25,326 nucleotides of DNA. Source: Candidatus Omnitrophota bacterium (GTDB lineage Bacteria > Omnitrophota > Gorgyraeia > JABMRG01 > JAFGKX01). Location: assembly GCA_020354945.1 (NCBI GenBank), contig CP070655.1:927022-952347 (forward strand). The letters are read 5' to 3'. Positions 8,391 to 15,528 of the stretch are shown piece by piece. The position numbers and the translations under genes were made by a program. The notes beneath the pieces are model-generated. The model ran no database searches and was not told the origin of the DNA. It worked only from the letters and a program-made list of their open reading frames with translations. Numbering within the stretch: the stretch's first letter is position 1; each line of letters opens with the position of its first letter.

Positions 8391-8813
8391 TTAAGAGGAT
8401 GAGAATTTATTTATTAGCATATTTATTTTATCTGCTAACGGCTTAAGCACGTCTTTTTCGCGTAATTGAATCGGGCCACTTTTTTCATCGGAGATTATAT
8501 CGTCTAACTCTCCTTCCAGCCGTGAGAGAGGGCCAAGCATTCTATGGGATAATCCAAGTGCTATTGTCCATATAGCAAGCAAAGTAATGGGTAGAGCTAT
8601 TAAAATTATTAGATTTACCTTCCTGGCAACAGGAATCAAGTTGTACGCTACGGCCTCAGGGATTCCAATTTGCCAGGCAAGCAGGTTGAATATAAGGTAA
8701 TACAAACATAATGCTACAATTCCGGCCGGTATTACGGCTGAGGTAAAGACCAGAATCAACAGTTTCTTCTGGGCAGGAGAACCTATAAACTTCTTTTTTC
8801 TTTTATTCCTCAT
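8391..8813 (-). CDS. Two-TM membrane protein with a HAMP-like C-terminus
   Basis: Two hydrophobic helices, then SHRMLGPLSRL...LREKD..LADKIN; overlaps the DUF3047 gene end. Confidence 0.75.
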   Translation of the reverse strand: MRNKRKKKFIGSPAQKKLLILVFTSAVIPAGIVALCLYYLIFNLLAWQIGIPEAVAYNLIPVARKVNLIILIALPITLLAIWTIALGLSHRMLGPLSRLEGELDDIISDEKSGPIQLREKDVLKPLADKINMLINKFSSS

Positions 8814-9495
8814 GTTTATACCCCACTTTTATCTCATCATAATGAGCTTCTGCTGTACTTGCCGTGTTATCAGTATCTGTCATAATTGCAATTGCACCTA
8901 CTTCTTCTGGCTCTCTATTAAAGGCTTTTTTAAAATCTTCATATACATTTCTCTCTTCAAAAACCCATTTTCCCCGGTTTCTTTTTCCAGATTCTGCAAC
9001 AATAATCTTTATATTTTCAAAATATGGACTTGTCATAATAGTGCCTTCGGGGATTTCTTTATCCCAGACGTATTCCAAGGTTTTGGTTAAGGTAAAAGCG
9101 AGTTTTGGAAAGATAACATAAAATCTTGCAGCATAATCGTCTTTCTCTATCCAGTCACTGTCTGCCACTTCTCCTTTGCCCTTTCTTGGAAATCTTACCA
9201 CTTTCCATTTCCAGCTAACCATTGGTGTTTTCTTTGGGTCAAATTTCAATTTGTAGAAAATACCGGAAGCCGTCTTTTTGCTGTAAGCGGTGAGATACCC
9301 ATCCGTCCTACGCATCCTGACTTTATATAAAACCCTGCCTTTGAATATCTTTTCTTCCCATTTATCTAATGCATCTTTCTTCCTGAAAGGGAAAAGTTGG
9401 GGTAACCGCCCGGCAAAAACAAATGATGAATAACCTATGGTAATTATGGCAATAAAAGTTACCAGCAATAATTTAATCTTTGTATTCTTTACCAT
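8803..9495 (-). CDS. DUF3047 domain secreted protein
   Basis: SWKWKV, DDYAARFYV, LEYVW, W..EERNVYEDF..AF, IAIMTDTDNT. Confidence 0.9.
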   Translation of the reverse strand: MVKNTKIKLLLVTFIAIITIGYSSFVFAGRLPQLFPFRKKDALDKWEEKIFKGRVLYKVRMRRTDGYLTAYSKKTASGIFYKLKFDPKKTPMVSWKWKVVRFPRKGKGEVADSDWIEKDDYAARFYVIFPKLAFTLTKTLEYVWDKEIPEGTIMTSPYFENIKIIVAESGKRNRGKWVFEERNVYEDFKKAFNREPEEVGAIAIMTDTDNTASTAEAHYDEIKVGYKHEE

Positions 9496-9504
9496 GCTAT
9501 ATTA

Positions 9505-9533
9505 ATTATACACACACAGAATAAAAAAAGCAA
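9505..9533 (-). promoter_or_regulatory. sigma70 promoter, probably a leaderless or near-leaderless transcript
   Basis: TTGCTT-17 nt-TATAAT, then 9 nt to ATG 9495 with no SD. Confidence 0.65.
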
Positions 9534-9550
9534 AATAAAAACACAGATTG

Positions 9551-10651
9551 CTATTCCCAGATTCCGGGAACGGGATGCCCGCAGTATTGGCATTTCCCGT
9601 TTTTTACCTTGTTATCCAACACCTCGAAGTGATAGCGATGGATTATGCGTTTGTTGCATTCAGGACAGAAGGTAGAATTATATTTATGACCGGGCACATT
9701 TCCGACGGTAACATACTCCAGGCCAGCTTCCCTGGCAATTTTATAGGCCTTCTCCAACGTGCTGATTGGGGTGGGCGGCAGGCGAACTAATTTATAAGAA
9801 GGCGAGAAACGTGAAAAATGCAAAGGTGTCTCTCCCCCCAGATTCTCTTTTATCCACATACACATTCTTCTTATATCTTTGGAGTTATCGTTTAAGGTTG
9901 GAACGACCAGATTTACAATCTCCAGCCATATCCCTTCTTCTTTAATAATCTTTAGCGTTCTTAGTACAGGGGCAAGTTCAGCTGAAGAAGCTTCTTTATA
10001 AAATATGTCAGTAAAACCTTTCAGGTCAATAGTCACTGCATCGGTGTACTTAAGAAGCTCTCTTAAAGGTTCTGGATTAATTGTGCCGTTAGAGTGCCAT
10101 AGGATTTTTAGGCCTTTTTTCTTGGCTATTTTTGCTATATCATAAACATACTCATAGAACGATATTGGTTCATTGTATGTAAAAGAAAGCGTGGGAATTT
10201 TCTTCTTTATAGCTAACTCTACAGCTTCTTCTGGCGGAAGATCATAGACATAATCCATTTCTTCGATCGGTCTCTGAGAAAGATGCCAATTATGGCAGAA
10301 CTTGCAGCGGAAATTACAGCCAGCCGTTCCAAAACAGAGGATTGATGTTCCCGGAAGCATGTGCAGGGCCGGTTCTTTTTCAATGGGGTCGACATGAACC
10401 GCAGAAGGTTTTCCATAGACAAGAGCATACAGTAGCCCACCTCTATTTTCCCTGTTGCGGCAAAACCCCCTTTTTCCGTCGGGTATGAAGCAGTTTCTGA
10501 AACAGAGTTGGCATTGAGCATCATTTTTGTCTAATTTTTTATAAAACATCGCTTCTTTTAATTCTACTGGCGCACCTTCTCCGACTGCCAGATATCCAAT
10601 ACACAAAATTAACGCAATCAAAAATGATAAAAATGTGCGTACTTTGTTCAC
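9551..10651 (-). CDS. amrS: AmmeMemoRadiSam system radical SAM enzyme with a hydrophobic N-terminal extension
   Basis: CQLCFRNC, GFCRNR, VDPIEKEP, GCNFRCKFCHNW, FTYNEP, IDLK, PLHFSRF, GNVPG and C-terminal CxxC pairs. The probable start is GTG 10651 (ORF track 10699 lies in repeat DNA). Confidence 0.9.
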   Translation of the reverse strand: MNKVRTFLSFLIALILCIGYLAVGEGAPVELKEAMFYKKLDKNDAQCQLCFRNCFIPDGKRGFCRNRENRGGLLYALVYGKPSAVHVDPIEKEPALHMLPGTSILCFGTAGCNFRCKFCHNWHLSQRPIEEMDYVYDLPPEEAVELAIKKKIPTLSFTYNEPISFYEYVYDIAKIAKKKGLKILWHSNGTINPEPLRELLKYTDAVTIDLKGFTDIFYKEASSAELAPVLRTLKIIKEEGIWLEIVNLVVPTLNDNSKDIRRMCMWIKENLGGETPLHFSRFSPSYKLVRLPPTPISTLEKAYKIAREAGLEYVTVGNVPGHKYNSTFCPECNKRIIHRYHFEVLDNKVKNGKCQYCGHPVPGIWE

Positions 10652-10711
10652 CCACACACCAATTTTTATAAAAAACTTCCATTTACCCCACATCAACAAT
10701 TGGCGTGGGGT
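10651..10711. repeat. ACCCCAC..CAA/TTG..GTGGGGT hairpin plus a half copy
   Basis: accccacatcaacaattggcgtggggt (10685-10711) and the related cccacacaccaattttt at 10651-10667. Confidence 0.6.
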
Positions 10712-10731
10712 TCATTCTATTTAAACAAGAT

Positions 10732-10771
10732 ACCGCCGCCTATGCAAAAAGTGCCGCATACAGGCAGCGGT
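10732..10771 (-). terminator. GC-rich hairpin, possible terminator or processing stem
   Basis: accgccgcctatgc...gcatacaggcagcggt; only a weak U-tract follows on the minus strand. Confidence 0.4.
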
Positions 10772-10827
10772 CATAAGGCAAGCTAATTCCAATTGGAAGG
10801 AAACCGGGACTCCTTCAATCTCCTATC

Positions 10828-10920
10828 TTATGGACTTATAGACATAATGCGGACTATCATTACTATAATACAAATGGCTGTAAAAATTGCCAGCAATATA
10901 ACCGCTATTTTGTTATTCAT
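10828..10920 (-). CDS. Putative 30-aa single-TM small protein
   Basis: MNNKIAVILLAIFTAICIIVMIVRIMSISP; starts 7 nt after the M48 peptidase stop. Confidence 0.5.
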   Translation of the reverse strand: MNNKIAVILLAIFTAICIIVMIVRIMSISP

Positions 10921-10927
10921 TTTATCT

Positions 10928-11704
10928 TTACCGTATCAATGGTTTATATTTTGTTTCGACCCTTTTGATTTCAATCCTGTTTTGCATAATTCTTTCGTCC
11001 AGGTAAGGGTGGCTTCGTAATATAACAGGCCCCTGTTGGCCTTTTGAGTCTTCTTTCAACATCTCAAGCACTTTTATTGTTGCCTCCGGATCATAACCGG
11101 CACGATACATATATTTAATGCCGAGCCTATCTGCCATATACTCATCCTCGCGGCCGTAACCAAGCATTATTAAATTTACTATAGAATTGGCTGCATAGGC
11201 AATGTGTTTTTTATTTTTCTCTTCTATTTTTAGATGGGTATATATCAGCGTGCTAATAATATTGTATCCTAATGTAGCCTGAATTCTTTTTACCACATGC
11301 TTTGCAGCGCAGTGGCCCATCTCATGGCCTAAAACAGCGGCAATCTCATCGTCTGTTTCTAATTTATCATATAATCCGCTAAAACAATAGATATTTCCAC
11401 CAGGGCCGGTAAATGCATTTATTGTATCTTCTTTAAGAAGATAAAAATTATATCCATAATCCTGCCGGTCAGAAACTTTTGCCAGCCTCCGGCCGATTTT
11501 TGTTAATCTATCAATTTTTGCTTCATCATCTGAAAGTTTATGTTTTCGGATTATCTCGCTATGGACATTTTTGCCCATATTTACTTCCGAAGCGGTGGAT
11601 ATTATGATAAATTCCTCCTCTCCGGTAGCAGGATTAAACGTGCTTAAACTTGCGCAGCCTGTTAATAGAGTAGCTATTATTGCTAAAATTGTCACTTTTT
11701 TCAT
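10928..11704 (-). CDS. M48 family zinc metallopeptidase, lipoprotein
   Basis: Lipobox LTGC, INAF..PGG, AAVLGHEMGH, YGREDEYMADRLG, SHP. Confidence 0.93.
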   Translation of the reverse strand: MKKVTILAIIATLLTGCASLSTFNPATGEEEFIIISTASEVNMGKNVHSEIIRKHKLSDDEAKIDRLTKIGRRLAKVSDRQDYGYNFYLLKEDTINAFTGPGGNIYCFSGLYDKLETDDEIAAVLGHEMGHCAAKHVVKRIQATLGYNIISTLIYTHLKIEEKNKKHIAYAANSIVNLIMLGYGREDEYMADRLGIKYMYRAGYDPEATIKVLEMLKEDSKGQQGPVILRSHPYLDERIMQNRIEIKRVETKYKPLIR

Positions 11705-13570
11705 CTATTTTATGCCAATCCGTTTTCTTTCTGCTAAAAGGATAATATCTCTTAGTTCTTCTGCATTGCGGGCATCGAGCCACCTTTTATCAAAATTTTT
11801 ACCCTGGGCAATCTGGGCAATTGCAGCCAATGCGCGCAGGTGAAAATTACGTTCATCACGAGAACCTACCAGGACAAAAATGGTATGAACCGGTTGGGGT
11901 GTATCAGGAAAAATAATTCCCTTTTTGCATCGTACTATTAGAATGTCAAATTTAGCAACCCCTTTGATTATAATATGAGGTATGGCCAGCCCAGGGGCAA
12001 TCACAGTGCTGGTCTGTTTTTCCCTTTCTATAAAAAGATCGAACAGGGTCTTCTTGTCTATCTCTAATCGCCTGGATAGTATATTTGCTACTATCTTAAA
12101 CATACTTTCAGCCGTAGGCATTGCAGCGGTAGGCGGCTCATAGTCTAAAATTTCGCATTTTTTTATAAGGTGGTCAAATCTATCTTCAACAATCTCATCC
12201 CGTTCAATGATAATCCCTCTTAACTCATCCGGTAAAGTAGCGTCAACCAGCTCTCTGGCAGTAATTCTTTCAATAACATGAACCATGGCTGCCTGGCGGT
12301 TTACTCTTTTCCTGGCATAAAGCAGATACCAGGCCAGGCCGCAACTGATGAAAATCGCAGTTATAGAAAGAGGAACCCTTCCCATTTCAAAAATAAGAAA
12401 CCCATATCCTAAAATTGCCAATATTTGGACCCAGGGATAGAGCGGTGAACGAAATTTTGGCCGATAACCTTGAATTTTACTTTCTCGCATAATGATAAGG
12501 GATAGATTTACAAACATAAACAGCAGAATCATAAGAGTAGATGCAGTCTTGACCAAATTCTCTAAACTTAAGAATAAGATAACCACAATCATAAAAGCAG
12601 TAGTAAAGATTATAGAAAAATGGGGAGTTTTAGACCTGGCATTTATTCTCTCAAAAATTTTAGGCAAGAGGGAATCCCGGCTCATTGCCAAAGAATTCCT
12701 GGAGGCGGTCAGGATACCGGCGTTGGCTGTTGAAATGAAGGCCAAAAGGGCAGCGATGGCCAGTATTATACCCCCTGGATTCCCCATGAAAGTGCTGGCG
12801 CCAAGTGAAAGCGGAACAAGAGAATTTGAGAACTGTGCAGAATCGAGCAATCCAACTGTTACGAAAACAACCGCAGCATAAAGGATAATCACAACACAAA
12901 AGGCAAGAAACATTCCCAGCGGTATATTGCGTCCAGGGTTTTTTACCTCTTCTGCAACACAGCTTATTTTTGTTAAACCTCCAAATGAAACAAAGACAAG
13001 ACCTGCAGTAGCAAAAACCGAAACCCACCCAAAAGGCACAAATGGAGTAAATCTGTTGGGTTGAATAAATAGAAAACCTCGAAGGATATATAGCAGGAGT
13101 ATACCAATAAGTGAAAGGACCAATGCTATCTGGAACCTCCCTGTTTGTTTAACGCCGATGATATTAACAAACATAAAGAAAAGGCAGCACCCTACGGCAA
13201 TAAGTTTTATTTGTGCCTCTGTAATGCCGGGGTTAATTAACGTAGCAAATATACCAATTCCGACAAGGGCAAAGGCACTTTTAAAACTCAAAGAAAACCA
13301 GCTGGCGAGTCCTCCTATGGAACCTATGGGAGCCCCCATACTTCTCTCAATAAAAAAATAGACGCCCCCTGCTTTAGGCATAGCGGTAGTCAGTTCCGCC
13401 TGGGCAAGCATGGCCGGTAAGATTAGAATGCCGGCCAGAATATATGAGATGATCATAGCAGGCCCGGTCTTTGCATATGCCAGAGCAGGCAAAATAAATA
13501 TCCCAGAACTAATCATTGCTCCGGAGGCTATGCAAAATATATCCAGAAGTCCTAATTCTTTTTTTAACAT
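11705..13570 (-). CDS. APC-family amino acid permease fused to a C-terminal PTS EIIA(Ntr/Fru)-like domain
   Basis: GAMISSGIF, AELTTAMPKAGG, AEEVKNP.RNIP, about 12 TMs; C-terminal RE...ST....LAIPH and FHLRALAAIA. Confidence 0.92.
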   Translation of the reverse strand: MLKKELGLLDIFCIASGAMISSGIFILPALAYAKTGPAMIISYILAGILILPAMLAQAELTTAMPKAGGVYFFIERSMGAPIGSIGGLASWFSLSFKSAFALVGIGIFATLINPGITEAQIKLIAVGCCLFFMFVNIIGVKQTGRFQIALVLSLIGILLLYILRGFLFIQPNRFTPFVPFGWVSVFATAGLVFVSFGGLTKISCVAEEVKNPGRNIPLGMFLAFCVVIILYAAVVFVTVGLLDSAQFSNSLVPLSLGASTFMGNPGGIILAIAALLAFISTANAGILTASRNSLAMSRDSLLPKIFERINARSKTPHFSIIFTTAFMIVVILFLSLENLVKTASTLMILLFMFVNLSLIIMRESKIQGYRPKFRSPLYPWVQILAILGYGFLIFEMGRVPLSITAIFISCGLAWYLLYARKRVNRQAAMVHVIERITARELVDATLPDELRGIIIERDEIVEDRFDHLIKKCEILDYEPPTAAMPTAESMFKIVANILSRRLEIDKKTLFDLFIEREKQTSTVIAPGLAIPHIIIKGVAKFDILIVRCKKGIIFPDTPQPVHTIFVLVGSRDERNFHLRALAAIAQIAQGKNFDKRWLDARNAEELRDIILLAERKRIGIK

Positions 13571-13629
13571 AGGGACGTTTCCAAAGTTGTTCGGGAACCT
13601 GCCCTATTTTCAATCGGGAACCTGTCCCC
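13571..13629. repeat. Palindromic element family I with a duplicated right arm
   Basis: agggacgtttccaaagttgttcgggaacctgccct + attttcaatcgggaacctgtcccc; abuts ATG 13570. Confidence 0.85.
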
Positions 13630-13666
13630 TACTTATAAACTTTTGGAACTTTTTTAACTGTTTCTA

Positions 13667-14749
13667 TTATAACATAAGCATTTTATATATAAAAATATAA
13701 AATTTTATTGCATCCGGGATATATACACAGAATACTTTTTTAAACGTCATATCCTGAAATTTTCTCTCTACATGCCTGAAAAACCTGAACTTATAATACC
13801 CTTTAACATTATTACCTAAATCTCTAACTAAAAGGTCGCTTTCAGTGTGAGGAATTACGAAATCTGGCACACTGTGCGCTATATAGCAGTCAGATTTTAT
13901 CTTGTTTAAATAATTCTTAGGAGAAATGCTCTCAAATGTATCCTTAGCAGATGGCGATATTTTATCATACAGCAGATAAAAATTATCCTTATCGCGATTA
14001 TGCATCATTCCTACCAGGCTTTTCGTTTCTTCAGAGAGCTTATTCATTAATTCTTCTTTAGGCCCTTCTTCTATTATCTTATAGACTGTTTCTCTTTCTT
14101 CTTCTTTCACCATATAGATATTTCTTTCTAAAAATATCTCGCTTATGGCCTTTTCGTTTGGATATTTTTTCCATTCGCCGTCCTCTTTGTAGTAGCGTGT
14201 GGTCATAAATAATAATATATTCTTGGTGTCATAATATCCGCCAAATGATATCAGATAATCAACATCTGAGCTTATTTCATCATCTGAAGCAGCTATAAAC
14301 ATAGCGGTGCAGCCGACAGAATAAGAAAGCATACCTTTTTTAATCTTATCTTTGCTTGATAAATATCTTTTATATATATAAATAATATCATCGACGCCAG
14401 TAGTATCCATATTCCACTGCATCAATTCCCTTACATTAGGCACATATAGTTTAAAACCTAACCGCGCCAGCAAATCGCATATCCATATTAAACGAGCATC
14501 TTGCTTTCCGAATTCAGTAGCGCCATGAATAACCAGCATTTTTGTTCTTGGTTTTTTATCTTTTGGTGTGTATATATCCATTAGCAAGTTTCTCTCTGCT
14601 ATGTAAACATCTTCTCTTACAGGCGCCGGTGTGACCGCTTTTATTAGTCTGTCATCATCAAAAAAGATTATGTTTATGCAAAAGATTAAGCTTAAAAACG
14701 CCGCATTTACGGCTTTTATGATTGGCAGTGTTGCTATTGCGGAAAACAT
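13667..14749 (-). CDS. Membrane-anchored alpha/beta-hydrolase-fold protein
   Basis: DIYTP, LVIHG, SYSVG nucleophile elbow, SFGGY, IAHS..DFVIP..ES, FRHV. Confidence 0.7.
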   Translation of the reverse strand: MFSAIATLPIIKAVNAAFLSLIFCINIIFFDDDRLIKAVTPAPVREDVYIAERNLLMDIYTPKDKKPRTKMLVIHGATEFGKQDARLIWICDLLARLGFKLYVPNVRELMQWNMDTTGVDDIIYIYKRYLSSKDKIKKGMLSYSVGCTAMFIAASDDEISSDVDYLISFGGYYDTKNILLFMTTRYYKEDGEWKKYPNEKAISEIFLERNIYMVKEEERETVYKIIEEGPKEELMNKLSEETKSLVGMMHNRDKDNFYLLYDKISPSAKDTFESISPKNYLNKIKSDCYIAHSVPDFVIPHTESDLLVRDLGNNVKGYYKFRFFRHVERKFQDMTFKKVFCVYIPDAIKFYIFIYKMLML

Positions 14750-14766
14750 ATCCGAGGGGTCCTTCC

Positions 14767-15528
14767 CTATTCCTGTGCCTTCCCGGTCATAGGCACAAAC
14801 CTGACCGGTATTACGCTTTTAGATTTTACCTTACCTCTCTTCTTTTCAAGTAATTTTAACTCTTGCCAGACATCACCTACCGGAATAACCATTCTTCCGC
14901 CTTCTGCTAATTGTTCAATGAGAGGCTCAGGAACTTCATCCGGCGCGCAGGTTACAATTATACCGTCGAATGGCGCATATTCCTCCCAGCCGATAAATCC
15001 ATCGCCGCATTTAACGGTAATATTCTTATAACCTAAATTTTTTAGCAGTTTATCCGCCCTTGTAGTTAGAGGCTCCAATATTTCTATAGTGTAAACCTCT
15101 TTAGACAATTCAGCCAATACAGCTGCCTGATATCCGGAGCCGGTGCCTATTTCCAGTACTCTTTCATCTCCGTCCAATTTTAATAGTTCGGTCATTAGCG
15201 CAACTATATATGGCTGTGAAATTGTCTGCCCTTCTCCGATGGGCAAAGGCCGGTCAGTATAAGCAAAGGCCCTTAGATATATAGGCACAAATTTATGCCT
15301 TTCTACCTTAAGCATTGCGTCCAACACTCTTTCATCACTGACGCCCCTGGCAACTATTTGAGTCTCAACCATGCGCTTTCTTGCAAGTGCATATCTTTCC
15401 TCTGTGGGTTCTTCAGCGTAGACCAGGGACACCCTGCAGCAGAAAAAGGGAGCATACTCCATAGAAAACCTTTTTGTGCAGCAGAGTGTCCCCAGTATAA
15501 TTAAAACAAAAATGACTTTTATCTTCAT
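14767..15528 (-). CDS. pcm: Protein-L-isoaspartate O-methyltransferase with a signal-like N-terminus interrupted by a repeat
   Basis: V.RHKFVP, PLPIGEGQTISQPYIVA, VLEIGTGSGYQAA, APFDGIIVT, VRFVPM. Confidence 0.95.
   Translation of the reverse strand: MKIKVIFVLIILGTLCCTKRFSMEYAPFFCCRVSLVYAEEPTEERYALARKRMVETQIVARGVSDERVLDAMLKVERHKFVPIYLRAFAYTDRPLPIGEGQTISQPYIVALMTELLKLDGDERVLEIGTGSGYQAAVLAELSKEVYTIEILEPLTTRADKLLKNLGYKNITVKCGDGFIGWEEYAPFDGIIVTCAPDEVPEPLIEQLAEGGRMVIPVGDVWQELKLLEKKRGKVKSKSVIPVRFVPMTGKAQE
15425..15493. repeat. 69-bp palindromic element, family II, copy B; in frame inside pcm
   Basis: Arms gggacaccctgcagcagaaaaagg / cctttttgtgcagcagagtgtccc (21 of 24 complementary); encodes GTLCCTKRFSMEYAPFFCCRVSL; CCAG direct repeat 69 nt apart at the ends. 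Confidence 0.9.

Noticed and set aside
12110-12140. PPTAAMPTA segment with near-duplicated gccgtaggca/gcggtaggcg in the permease
   Set aside because: Too short and explained by codon-level similarity.
2025-13629. Family I 36-bp repeat as a CRISPR repeat
   Set aside because: Copies are dispersed kilobases apart, not arrayed with spacers, and no cas genes are present.
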